Part shown: positions 1-11,440 of the stretch, piece by piece
Position numbering within the stretch: position 1 is the stretch's first letter
Layout of the letters: each line of letters begins with the position of its first letter
Source of the DNA: Mustelus asterias
Taxonomy: Eukaryota
Length of the DNA: 44,021 nt
Direction: 5' to 3'
NCBI RefSeq assembly: GCF_964213995.1
Contig: NW_027592658.1
Span: 1 to 44,021 of the forward strand
Made by a program: the position numbers and the translations under genes
The notes under the pieces: generated by a model
The model's input: only the letters and a program-made list of their open reading frames with translations
What the model was told of the DNA's origin: nothing
Databases searched by the model: none

Positions 1-3000
1 CCATCAAACACTCCCAGGACAGGTACAGCACAGGGTTAGATACAGAGTAAAGCTCCCTCTACACTGTCCCCATCAAACACTCCCAGGACAGGTACAGCAC
101 GCTGTCCCCATCAAACACTCCCAGGACAGGTACAGCACAGGGTTAGATACAGAGTAAAGCTCCCTCTACACTGTCCCCATCAAACACTCCCAGGACAGGT
201 ACAGCACGGGGTTAGATACAGAGTAAAGCTCCCTCTACACTGTCCCCATCAAACACTCCCAGGACAGGGACAGCACGGGGTTAGATACAGAGTAAAGCTC
301 CCTCTACACTGTCCCCATCAAACACTCCCAGGACAGGTACAGCACGGGGCTAGATACAGAGTAAAGCTCCCTCTACACTGTCCCCATCAAACACTCCCAG
401 GACAGGTACAGCACGGGGTTAGATACAGAGTAAAGCTCCCTCTACACTGTCCCCATCAAACACTCCCAGGACAGGTACAGCACGGGGTTAGATACAGAGT
501 AAAGCTCCCTCTACACTGTCCCCATCAAACACTCCCAGGACAGGTACAGCACGGGGTTAGATACAGAGTAAAGCTCCCTCTACACTGTCCCCATCAAACA
601 CTCCCAGGACAGGTACAGCACGGGGTTAGATACAGAGTAAAGCTCCCTCTACACTGTCCCCATCAGACACTCCCAGGACAGGTACAGCACGGGGTTAGAT
701 ACAGAGTAAAGCTCCCTCTACACTGTCCCCATCAAACACTCCCAGGACAGGTACAGCATGGGGTTAGATACAGAGTAAAGCTCCCTCTACACTGTCCCCA
801 TCAAACACTCCCAGGACAGGTACAGCACGGGGTTAGATACAGAGTAAAGCTCCCTCTACACTGTCCCCCATCAAACACTCCCAGGACAGGTACAGCACGG
901 GGTTAGATACAGAGTAAAGCTCCCTCTACACTGTCCCCATCAAACACTCCCAGGACAGGTACAGCACGGGGTTAGATACAGAGTAAAGCTCCCTCTACAC
1001 TGTCCCCATCAAACACTCCCAGGACAGGTACAGCACGGGGTTAGATACAGAGTAAAGCTCCCTCTACACTGTCCCCATCAAACACTCCCAGGACAGGTAC
1101 AGCACGGGGTTAGATACAGAGTAAAGCTCCCTCTACACTGTCCCCATCAAACACTCCCAGGACAGGTACAGCACGGGGTTAGATACAGAGTAAAGCTCCC
1201 TCTACACTGTCCCCATCAAACACTCCCAGGACAGGTACAGCACGGGGTTAGATACAGAGTAAAGCTCCCTCTACACTGTCCCCATCAAACACTCCCAGGA
1301 CAGGTACAGCACGGGGTTAGATACAGAGTAAAGCTCCCTCTGCACTGTCCCCATCAAACACTCCCAGGACAGGTACAGCACGAGGTTAGATACAGAGTAA
1401 AGCTCCCTCTACACTGTCCCCCATCGAACACTCCCAGGACAGGTACAGCACGGGGTTAGATACAGAGTAAAGCTCCCTCTACACTGTCCCCATCAAACAC
1501 TCCCAGGACAGGTACAGCACGGGGTTAGATACAGAGTAAAGCTCCCTCTACACTGTCCCCATCAAACACTCCCAGGACAGGTACAGCACGGGGTTAGATA
1601 CAGAGTAAAGCTCCCTCTACACTGTCCCCATCAAACACTCCCAGGACAGGTACAGCATGGGGTTCGATACAGAGTAAAGCTCCCTCTACACTGTCCCCAT
1701 CAAACACTCCCAGGACAGGTACAGCATGGGGTTAGATACAGAGTAAAGCTCCCTCTACACTGTCCCCATCAAACACTGCCAGGACAGGTACAGCACGGGG
1801 TTAGATACAGAGTAAAGCTCCCTCTACACTGTCCCCCATCAAACACTCCCAGGACAGATACAGCACGGGGTTAGATACAGAGTAAAGCTCCCTCTACACT
1901 GTCCCCATCAAACACTCCCAGGACAGGGACAGCACGGGGTTAGATACAGAGTAAAGCTCCCTCTACACTGTCCCCATCAAACACTCCCAGGACAGGTACA
2001 GCACGGGGCTAGATACAGAGTAAAGCTCCCTCTACACTGTCCCCATCAAACACTCCCAGGACAGGTACAGCACGGGGTTAGATACAGAGTAAAGCTCCCT
2101 CTACACTGTCCCCATCAAACACTCCCAGGACAGGTACAGCATGGGGTTAGATACAGAGTAAAGCTCCCTCTACGTTGTCCCCCATCAAACACTCCCAGGA
2201 CAGGTACAGCGCGGGGTTAGATACAGAGTAAAGCTCCCTCTACACTGTCCCCCATCAAACACTCCCAGGACAGGTACAGCACGGGGTTAGATACAGAGTA
2301 AAGCTCCCTCTACACTGTCCCCCATTAAACACTCCCAGGACAGGTACAGCACGGGGTTAGATACAGAGTAAAGCTGCCTCTACACTGTCCCCATCAAACA
2401 CTCCCAGGACAGGTACAGCACGGGGTTAGATACAGAGTAAAGCTGCCTCTACACTGTCCCCATCAAACACTCCCAGGACAGGTACAGCACGGGGTTAGAT
2501 ACAGAGTAAAGCTCCCTCTACACTGTCCCCATCAAACACTCCCAGGACAGGTACAGCACGGAGTTAGATACAGAGTAAAGCTCCCTCTACACTGTCCCCA
2601 TCAAACACTCCCAGGACAGGTACAGCACGGGGTTAGATACAGAGTAAAGCTCCCTCTACACTGTCCCCATCAAACACTCCCAGGACAGGTACAGCACGGG
2701 GTTAGATACAGAGTAAAGCTCCCTCTACACTGTCCCCATCAAACACTCCCAGGACAGGTACAGCACGGGGTTAGATACAGAGTAAAGCTCCCTCTACGTT
2801 GTCCCCCATCAAACACTCCCAGGACAGGTACAGCACGGGGTTAGATACAGAGTAAAGCTCCCTCTACACTGTCCCCATCAAACACTCCCAGGACAGGTAC
2901 AGCACGGGGTTAGATACAGAGTAAAGCTCCCTCTACACTGTCCCCATCAAACACTCCCAGGACAGGTACAGCACAGGGTTAGATACAGAGTAAAGCTCCC

Positions 3001-3469
3001 TCTACACTGTCCCCATCAAACACTCCCAGGACAGGTACAGCACGGGGTTAGATACAGAGTAAAGCTCCCTCTGCACTGTCCCCATCAAACACTCCCAGGA
3101 CAGGTACAGCACAGGGTTAGATACAGAGTAAAGCTCCCTCTACACTGTCCCCATCAAACACTCCCAGGACAGGTACAGCACAGGGTTAGATACAGAGTAA
3201 AGCTCCCTCTACACTGTCCCCCATCAAACACTCCCAGGACAGGTACAGCACGGGGTTAGATACAGAGTAAAGCCCCCTCTACACTGTCCCCCATCAAACA
3301 CTCCCAGGACAGGTACAGCACGGGGTTAGATACAGAGTAAAGCTCCCTCTACACTGTCCCCATCAAACACTCCCAGGACAGGTACAGCACGGGGTTAGAT
3401 ACAGAGTAAAGCTCCCTCTACACTGTCCCCATCAAACACTCCCAGGACAGGTACAGCACGGGGTTAGAT
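1..3469. repeat. 69-bp tandem satellite, about 50 copies
   Basis: Unit ccatcaaacactcccaggacaggtacagcacggggttagatacagagtaaagctccctctacactgtcc repeats with few variants; the array runs off the left edge and ends about 40 bp before the Ig exon acceptor. Confidence 0.98.
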
Positions 3470-3507
3470 TATAGAGACCTGTAACCCGTTCCTATTTGGT
3501 TCCACAG

Positions 3508-3780
3508 CTCCGAGATCCAGCAGAGTCTTTCTTCAGGAGAGAGGTGTTCAGAGGGATTTGGTGTGTTCGCTGAAGAACTTCTTCCCGAGAAACATTAAAG
3601 TGAGCTGGCTGAGGGACGGAGTGGCCATTGTCGACGGAGTGGAGACAACTCATATTGTACCTCAAGACGACAAAACGTTTCAGGCGAGAAACATCCTCTC
3701 ATTGAATGGAGATGTGGGCGGTTCTTACGTGTGTCAAGTGGAACATGAGGCTCTGACGGAAAAACTTCACATACCGTTCA
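3508..3780 (+). CDS. Ig C1-set exon of an MHC-family chain (class I alpha3-like / W-category beta2-like)
   Basis: Acceptor ttggttccacag, donor A|gtaagt, 273 nt, phase 1-1. Translation PRSSRVFLQERGVQRDLVCSLKNFFPRNIKVSWLRDG...HIVPQDDKTFQARNIL...YVCQVEHEALTEKLHIPF has the C1 motifs LxC..FFP..I.V.W and YxCxVxH. Confidence 0.92.
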
Positions 3781-3861
3781 GTAAGTACATGCAAAACACC
3801 AATCCCCCAAGCATGCTCTGCCTTTACTCAGGTCAATCTTCTCACCAATCTCCACTTTCAT

Positions 3862-4170
3862 ACAATAGAATCCCCACAGTGCTGAAGGAGGCCATTCGGC
3901 CCATCGAGTCTGCACCGACCACAATCCCACCCAGGCCCTATCCCTATATCCCCATGCATTTTCCCTCACTCGTCCCCCTGACACTAAGGGACAATTTATC
4001 ATGGCCAATCAACCTAACCTGCACATCTTTGGACTGTGGGAGGAAACCGGAGCACCCGGAGGAAACCCACGCAGACACGGGGAGAATGTGCAAACTCCAC
4101 ACAGACAGTGACCCAAGCCGGGAATCGAACCCAGGTCCCTGAGTGCTAACCACTGTGCCACCGTGCCACC
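3862..4170 (-). mobile_element. HE1-like V-SINE (tRNA-derived)
   Basis: Reverse strand reads ggcacggtggcacagtggttagcac...gggttcgattcc, then the V-domain gtgtctgcgtgggtttcctccgggtgctccggtttcctcccacagtccaaag and a CR1-like tail. Confidence 0.88.
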
Positions 4171-4196
4171 CACTTTCTCACACTCTCTCACACTAT

Positions 4197-4611
4197 TCTT
4201 TTCTCTGGAGCGTCGGAGGCTGAGGGGTGATCTTATCGAGGTCTATAAAATAATGAGGGGCACAGATCAGCTAGATAGTCAATATCTTTCCCCAAAGGTA
4301 GGGGAGTCTAAAACTAGAGGGCATAGGTTTAAGGTGAGAGGGGAGAGATACAAAAGGGTCCAGAAGGACAATTTTTTCACACAGAGGGTGATGAGTGTCT
4401 GGAACAAGCTGCCAGAGGTAGTAGTAGAGGTGGGTACAATTTTGTCTTTTAAAAAGCATTTAGATAGTTACATGGGTAAGATGGGTAGAGAGGGATATGG
4501 GCCAAATGCGGGCAATTGGGACTAGCTTAGGGGTTTAAAAACAAAGGGGGTGGCATGGACAAGTTGGGCCGAAGGGTCTGTTTCCATGCTGTAAACTTCT
4601 ATGACTCTATC
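4197..4611 (+). mobile_element. CR1 LINE 3' fragment
   Basis: FSLERRRLRGDLIEVYKIM...FFTQRV..VWNKLP plus the 3' tail gggccgaagggtctgtttccatgctg. Confidence 0.92.
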
Positions 4612-5208
4612 TCCATATTCCTCATTCCCACAGAACCGAAAGATCCAAATGTTTCTGTAATATTTCATTGGATGATAACTTTGTTGTTAAGGCCAGCATC
4701 TATTGCCCATCCCCAGTTGCCTCTTGGAGGGCAGTTGAGAGTCACCCACATTGCTGTGGCTCTGGAGTCACATGTAGGCCAGACCGGGTAAGGACGGCAG
4801 ATTTCCTTCCCTAAAGGACATTAGATTTTTCCAACAATCGACGATAGCTTATCAATGGTTAAAAGACTAGATTGTACAGAAATGTGATTAATTGGTGAAG
4901 GAGAATTTTTGCTGTATGAAGTGGAATTTCTGTTGAATTGAACTTTTTACCGAGACTAGCTTTCGATTCCAGCTGCGACGGTGCGATTGGAACCAATCCC
5001 ATTGAATCATCCCTACATGCAGAATGATGGCATTTGGCCCATCGGGTCTGCACTGACTCTCTGATAGAGCATCTTACCAAGGCCTCACCCATAACCCCAC
5101 ATATTTACCCCCCAATCCACCTCACCTGTACATTTGTGGACACTAAGGGACAATTTAGCATGGCCAATCCACCTCACCTACACATCTTTGGACACTAAGG
5201 GGCAATTT

Positions 5209-5508
5209 GGGTGACACAGTGGGTTAGCGCTGCTGCCTCACAGCGTCAGGGACCCGGGTTCCATTCCCGGCTTGGGTCAGTGTCTGTGTGGAGTCTGCAC
5301 GTTCTCCCCGTGTCTGCGTGGGTTTCCTCTGGGTGCTCCAGTTTCCTCCCACTGTCTGAAAGACGTGCTGGTTAGGGTGCATTGGCCATGCTAAATTCTC
5401 CCTCAGTGTACCCGAACAGGCGCTGGAGTGTGGCGACGAGGGGATTTTCACAGTAACTTCATTGCAGTGTTAATGTAAGCCTACTTGTGACATTAATAAA
5501 GTTTAAAC
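5209..5508 (+). mobile_element. V-SINE with an alternative tail
   Basis: tRNA-like head and V-domain, tail ...gtgttaatgtaagcctacttgtgacattaataaa. Confidence 0.85.
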
Positions 5509-5519
5509 TTGAATGTAGC

Positions 5520-5914
5520 CATAACCATTCTACCTAATCGACACATCTTTGGACACTAAGGGACAATTTAGCATGGCCAATCCACCTAACCAGCACATCT
5601 TTGGACACTAAGGGACAATTTAGCATGGTCAATCCACCTAACCTGCACATCTTTGGACACTAAGGGACAATTTAGCATGGCCAATCCACCTAACCCGCAC
5701 ATCTTTGGATGCTAAGGGACAATTTAGAATGGCCAATCCACCTCACCTGCACATCTTTCGGATTGTGGGAGGAAACCGGAGCACCCGGAGGAAACCCACG
5801 CAGACACAGGGAGAACGTGCAGACTCCACACAGACAGTGACCCAAGCCGAGAATCGAACCCGGGTCCCTGGCACCGTGAGACAGCAGCTTTAACCACTGT
5901 GTCATCGTGCCACC
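5520..5914 (-). mobile_element. HE1-like V-SINE with an internal ~39-bp tandem amplification
   Basis: Repeated cacatctttggacactaagggacaatttagcatggccaatccacctaacc units followed by the V-domain and head on the minus strand. Confidence 0.82.
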
Positions 5915-6030
5915 CTCTGGAGCAGTGTAATTCTGTAATCTGAGATGCTTCTCCATGGCATTAGCCTGGATCTTTGGAATGACAGCCCAATGTCACTGTC
6001 TTCCCTGTTAACCGCAATCTTGAATTGACT

Positions 6031-8172
6031 CTAAGGGGAATTACGAGGTTATCAGGCAGGAAATTGGAGGCTTAAATTGGAAAGAGGTTTTCTCAGGCAA
6101 ATGTATGGAAGAAATGTGGCAAATTTTCAGGGAATATTTGTCTGGAGTTCTGCACAGCAACGTTCCAATGAGACAGGGAAGTTATGGTAGGTTACAGGAA
6201 CCGTGGTGTACAAAGGCTGTAATGAATCTAGTCAAGAAGAAAAGAAAAGCTTACAAAAGGTTCAGGGAGTGAGGTAATGTTAGAGATCTTGAAGGCTAAT
6301 AGGAAGGATCTTAAGAAGGAAATTAGGAGAGCCAGAAGGGGTCATGAGAAGGCCTTGGCAGGCAGGATTAAGGAAAACCCCAAGGCACTCTATAAGTATG
6401 TGAAGAGCAAGAGGATAAGACGTGAAAGAATAGGACCTATCAAGTGTGATGGTGGGAAAGTTTGTATGGAACCGGAAGAAATAGCAGAGGTACTTAATGA
6501 ATACTTTACTTCAGTATTCACTATGGAAAAGGATCTTGGTGGTTGTAGTGCAGACTTGCAGCGACTGAAAAGCTTGAGCATGTAGATATTAAGAAAGAGG
6601 ATGTGTTGGAGCTTTTGAAAAGCATCAAGTTAGATAAGTCATCGGGATCAAATGAGATGTACCCCAGGCTACTGTGGGAGGCGAGGGAAGAGATTGCTGA
6701 GCCTCTGGTGATGATCTTTGCATCGTCAATGGAGACGGGAGAGGTTCCGGAGGATTGGAGGATTGCGGACGTTGTTCCTTTATTCAAGAAAGGGAGTAGA
6801 GATAGCCCTGGAAATCAGTGGTTGGTAAGTTGATGGAGAAGATCCTGAGAGGCAGGATTTATGAACATTTGGAGAGGTATAATATGATTAAGAATAGTCA
6901 GCATGGCTTTGTCAAAGGCAGATCATGCCTTACGAGCCTGGTTGAATTTTTTGAGGATGTGACTAAACACATTGATGAAGGAAGGGCAGTTGATGTAGTT
7001 TATATGGACTTCAGCAAGGCATTTGAAAAGGTGCCCCATGCAAGGCTTATTGAGAAAGTGAGGGGGCATGGGATCCAAGGGGACATTGCTTTGTGGATCC
7101 AGAACTGGCTTGCCCACAGAAGGCAAAGAGTGGTTATAGATGGGTCATATTCTGCATGGAGTTCGGTCACCAGTGGAGTGCCCCAGGGATCTGTTCTGGG
7201 ACCCTTACTCTTTGTGATTTTTATAAATGACCTGGATGAGGAAGTGGAGGGATGGGTTGGTAAGTTTGCTGATGACATAAAGGTTGGAGGTGTTGTGGAT
7301 AGTGTGGAGGGATGTCGGAAGTTGCAGCGAGACATTGATGGGATGCAAGACTGGGCGGAGAAGTGGCAGATGGAGTTCAACCCAGATAAGTGTGAGGTGG
7401 TTCATTTTGGCAGGTCAAATAGGATGGCGGAATATAATATTAATGGTAGGACTCTTGGCAGTGTGGAAGATCAGAAGGATCTTGGGGTCCGAGTTCATAG
7501 GATGCTCAAAGCAGCTGTGCAGGTTGAGGCTGTGGTTAAGAAGGCGTATGGTGTACTGGCCTTCATCAATCGAGGAATTGAGTTTAGGAGTCGTGAGATA
7601 ATGTTGCAGCTTTATAGGATCCTGGTCAGACCACACTTGGAGTACTGTGCTCAGTTCTGGTCACCTCATTACAGGAAGGATGTGGAAGCCATAGAAAGGG
7701 TGCAGAGGAGATTTACAAGGATGTTGCCTGGGTTGGGGAGCATGCCTTATGAGGATAGGTTGAGTGAGCTCGGCCTGTTCTCCTTGGAGAGACGAAGGAT
7801 GAGGGGTGACCTGATAGAGGTGTAGAAGATGTTGAGAGGTATTGATCGAGTGGACAGTCAGAGGCTTTTTCCCAGGGCTGAAATGGTTGCCACAAGAGGA
7901 CACGGGTTTAAGGTGCTGGGGGGTAGGTACAGAGGAGATGTCAGGGGTAAGTTTTTCACTCAGAGGGTGGTGGGTGCGTGGAATGGGCTGCCAGCAACGG
8001 TGGTGGAGGCGGATTCGATAGGGTCTTTTAAGAGACTTTTAGATAAGTACATGGAACTTAGTAAGATAGAGGGTTATAGGTAAGCCTAGTAATCGCTAAG
8101 GTAGGGACATGTTCGGCACAACTTTGTGGGCTGAAGGGCCTGTATTGTGCTGTAGGTTTTCTATGTTTCTAT
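6031..8172 (+). mobile_element. CR1 LINE, 5'-truncated, disrupted ORF2 (RT)
   Basis: ORFs 6277, 6603, 6818-7825 and 7829 contain SQHGFVKGRSCLT, GVPQGSVLGPLLF and KFADD; tail ttctatgtttctatg. Confidence 0.96.
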
Positions 8173-8476
8173 GACTCCTTGGTGTAGCATCCACAATTCC
8201 CTGTGTGAAATTTACACAGAATGATTCACAGGCCTTTGAGTGAAGAAATTTCTCCCCATCCTTCGTGGCTTCTCCCACTCAGCACCGGCGAGTGACCAAG
8301 TCTCTGCCCCCTTCGCTGCTTCTCACAAACCTCCGCCACTTCCTGCATTGTCACCATGGTCACACGCTAATTACCGGAGGGAGCGACATGCACAGGGAAG
8401 CTTCATGTGTGGGTGAGGGGCATCTGGGGATCAATAAACTGTTCAATAAACTGTCTCCCAACTCTCCTTTCCCCAG

Positions 8477-8590
8477 AACAAAACAGGATCACAAAAAATG
8501 AAGGTTTGATCATCATCGGAGCCGTGCTGGGAATACTGGGAATCTGCTTTGCTCTGGTGATGGGAATTCTGTCCTGCTGCATCTTAAATC
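8477..8590 (+). CDS. Connecting peptide/transmembrane exon of the plus-strand MHC-family gene
   Basis: Acceptor ctctcctttccccag, donor C|gtaagt, 114 nt, phase 1-1, in frame with the Ig exon: (K)QNRITKNEGLIIIGAVLGILGICFALVMGILSCCILN. Confidence 0.88.
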
Positions 8591-8639
8591 GTAAGTGACT
8601 GCAGACATTAGAAACTCTCAGATTACATTGGAGACGGAT

Positions 8640-8980
8640 TTCTTTATTCATTCCTGGGACATGGGTGTCGCTGGCTGGGTCCAGCATTTATTGCCCATCC
8701 CTAGTTGCCCCTTGGAGGGCAGTTGAGAGTCACCCACATTGCTGTGGCTCTGGAGTCACATGTAGGCCAGACCGGGTAAGGACGGCAGGTTTCCTTCCCT
8801 AAAGGAACCAGATGGGTTTTTCCGACAATGGGTCATCAGTAAATTCTTAATTCCAAATATTTTTTATTGAAATTAAATTCCACCGTCTGCCGTGGCGGGA
8901 TTCGAACCCGGGTCCCCAGAACATTAGCTGAGTTTCTGGATTAATAATCTGGCAATAATACCACTAGCCTATCGTCTCCC
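8640..8980 (-). mobile_element. tRNA-derived SINE family B
   Basis: Reverse complement of the element at 9273-9620; B-box gggttcgaatccc. Confidence 0.85.
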
Positions 8981-9015
8981 CAGGAACCTGCAATATTCTT
9001 TTCTACAGACTTTAG

Positions 9016-9054
9016 GAAAGGATCCCAAATATTTGGAATTAATCAGGACATTTG
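9016..9054 (+). CDS. Candidate small cytoplasmic exon (RKDPKYLELIRTF)
   Basis: Acceptor ttttctacagactttag, donor TTTG|gtgtgt; 39 nt and phase 1-1 if the second AG is used. The upstream AG (exon start 9009) would shift the frame. Confidence 0.4.
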
Positions 9055-9272
9055 GTGTGTTTGAACCTGCTGCTTTCAACATGTGAAGAGAATTGTGAAT
9101 ATGGGAGATCTTTACAACACTGGGACTCCGCTAAACTACAGGAAATGGTCAGAATTTGACATGTCCCAGGTTATATCAGACTCCCTCGAGTACTCTGTGT
9201 TGATGGGAGCATTGGCGATAGTGACAGGAACTGTTCAAGGGAGAGATTCTGAAATAGATCCTTGAACTAGTG

Positions 9273-9620
9273 GAAGCGATGGCCTAGTGGTATTATCGCC
9301 AGACTATTAACCCAGAAACTCAGCTAATGTTCTGGGGGACCCGGGTTCGAATCCCCGCCACGCCAGATGGTGGAAGTTGAATTCAATAAAAAATATCTGG
9401 AATTAAGAATCTCCTGGTGACCCGTTGTCGATTGTCAGAAAAACCCATCTGGTTCCTTTAGGGAAGGAAATCTGCCGTCCTTACCCGGTCTGGCCTACAT
9501 GTGACTCCAGAGCCACAGCAATGTGGTTGACTCTCAACTGCCCTCCAAGGGGCATTGAGGGATGGGCAATAAATGCTGGGCCCAGCCAGCGACGCCCGTG
9601 TCCCACGGATGAATTAAAAA
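9273..9620 (+). mobile_element. tRNA-derived SINE family B
   Basis: Head gatggcctagtgg...gggttcgaatccc; tail agggatgggcaataaatgctgggcccagccagcgacgccc shared with the LINE at 38177-38960. Confidence 0.87.
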
Positions 9621-9651
9621 AAGATGGTGGAAAATGTAACCAGCCTTTACG

Positions 9652-10172
9652 ATTATCATTTGATTTATTATTGTCAGATGTATTGGGATACAGTAAAAAA
9701 TATTATTTCTTGTAAGCTATACAGACAAAGCATACTGTTCATAGAGTATATAGAAGAGAAGGAAAGGAGAGGGTGCAGAATGTAGTGTTCCAGTCATAGC
9801 TAGGGTGTAGAGAAAGATCAACTTAATGCGAGGTCGGTCCATTCAAAAGTCTGACAGCAGCAGGGAAGAAGCTGTTCTTGAGTCGGTCGGTACGTGACCT
9901 CAGACTTTTGTGTCTTTTTCCCGATGGAAGAAGGTGGAAGAGAGAATGTCCGGGGTGCGTGGGGTCCTTGATTATGCTGCTGCTTTTCCCCGAGGCAGCG
10001 GGAAGTGTAGACAGAGTCAATGGATGGGAGGCTGGTTTGCGTGATGGATTGGGCTACATTCACAACCCTTTGTAGTTTCTTGGTCAGAGCAGGAGCCATT
10101 CCAAGAAGGTGGAAGAGAGTGTGTCCGGGTTGCTTGGGGTCCTGGATTATGCTGGCTGCTTTCCCGAGGCAG
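9652..10172 (-). mobile_element. Rex1/Babar-type LINE 3' fragment
   Basis: IIKDPTHPGHSLFHLLPSGKR..SLRSRTDRLKNSFFPAAVRLLN is a typical Rex1/Babar C-terminus; part of it is locally duplicated. Confidence 0.82.
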
Positions 10173-10319
10173 TGTTCACTGAGTGTATTTGTGTGTGAGA
10201 GAGGGAGAGAGGGATAGAAATCCCAGACGAAACAAAGCAGGAAGAGGGAGAGTCTGTTTAGAAATACATCACTCCCAGAGGCTGATGTTAAACTGCTCAC
10301 CATTCTGTTTCTCACACAG

Positions 10320-10349
10320 GTTCCGGCCAGTTCAACGTTGACCTGACAG
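10320..10349 (+). CDS. Cytoplasmic mini-exon (xSGQFNVDLT)
   Basis: Acceptor ttctgtttctcacacag, donor CAG|gtaaga, 30 nt, phase 1-1, open frame. Confidence 0.72.
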
Positions 10350-10478
10350 GTAAGAGAAACTACCCTGGACTCGGAGTAATTTTGGCCGTATGGGAATAAT
10401 TTGGGAAGGGGGAGCTGGGGGTGGGGGTGGGAGATATACTGATCATGGCCACGCAACTTGCTGTTTCTCTCTTCCCAG

Positions 10479-10586
10479 CCAAGTTCACTAAACGGTCAGG
10501 ATCCTGCCAACCGAACCTGTGTAATTCCAGTGTGCGTTCGAGTAGCTCAAACACCTCAAACACCTCCAACACCAGCTGCACTTCAG
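10479..10586 (+). CDS. Cytoplasmic exon, Ser/Thr/Asn-rich
   Basis: Acceptor ctgtttctctcttcccag, donor CAG|gtacca, 108 nt, phase 1-1: AKFTKRSGSCQPNLCNSSVRSSSSNTSNTSNTSCTS. Confidence 0.72.
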
Positions 10587-10693
10587 GTACCAGAGATCCT
10601 GTATATCTGTCACCTTGTTTACTGTCACATTTACAACCCGGAATGAGAGAAACTTTCACTCAATTCACCCAACATCCCCTCTCTCTGTTACAG

Positions 10694-10722
10694 CTGATGA
10701 TTTGACCAAATCCCACGCCTGA
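10694..10722 (+). CDS. Terminal coding exon (ADDLTKSHA-stop)
   Basis: Acceptor cccctctctctgttacag; phase 1 continues to TGA at 10720-10722 and is followed by two AATAAA hexamers. Confidence 0.7.
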
Positions 10723-10851
10723 GGTTACGAGCTGTGTGGAATATATCTATATTAGTGCGGTGACTGGAGGCTGTGACTCTGTGCTGTCCATGAGGGATTC
10801 TCCTGCTCCAGAATGGGCAGGACATGATCATTTCTGGGCAACAAACCATTC

Positions 10852-10905
10852 AATAAATATAACCTTGTAACGCTTTTGTGAAGAACTCTTCCTGTGTGTA
10901 ATAAA
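10852..10905 (+). terminator. Polyadenylation signals of the plus-strand gene
   Basis: AATAAA at 10852-10857 and 10900-10905 in unique sequence 130-180 nt after the stop, with TG-rich sequence downstream. Confidence 0.68.
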
Positions 10906-11205
10906 GACTTGCCAATGTGTTGATGCAGTAATTCAGTCTGGAGTTATATATCCGGAATATTCTAAAGGAACGGTGGTGTCAATGGATATCCAGGGAATGT
11001 TCCGGAGACCTGGGTTTGAATCCCATTATGGTGGATTGGATTAAACAATCTGGAATTAGAAGCCTCGCTAGGACGATGCAACCTTGTTGATTGTTGTAAA
11101 AATCTATTGAGTTCAGTAATGGAATTGCCATATCCCTACCTGGTCTGACCTACGTTCGACCTCAAGTCAACAGCAATGTGGTTGGTCTTCAAAACAGAAA
11201 CCTTG

Positions 11206-11440
11206 GGGTGAAACAGTGTTTAGCACTGCCGCCTCACAGCGCCAGGGACCCGGGTTCGATTCCCAGCTTGGGTCACTGTCTATGCGGAGTCTGCACGTTC
11301 TCCCCGTGTCTGCGTGGGTTTCCCCCGGGTGCTCCGGTTTCCTCCCACAGTCCGGGTGCATTGGCCGTGCTAAATTCTCCCTCAGTGTAACCCGGAGTGT
11401 TAATGTAAGCCGCTTGTGACACTAATAAATAAACTTTAAA
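11206..11440 (+). mobile_element. V-SINE
   Basis: Head tagcactgccgcctcacagcgccagggacccgggttcgattccc, V-domain, tail cttgtgacactaataaat. Confidence 0.85.

Noticed and set aside
1-3469. CRISPR-like regular repeats
   Set aside because: No unique spacers and no cas genes; it is a head-to-tail satellite in vertebrate DNA.
3781-4142. C-terminal half of the 194-aa ORF 3558-4142
   Set aside because: Read-through past the donor at 3781 into intron and an antisense SINE.
5209-5290. tRNA genes
   Set aside because: The A/B-box segments are SINE heads continuous with SINE bodies and do not form full cloverleaves.
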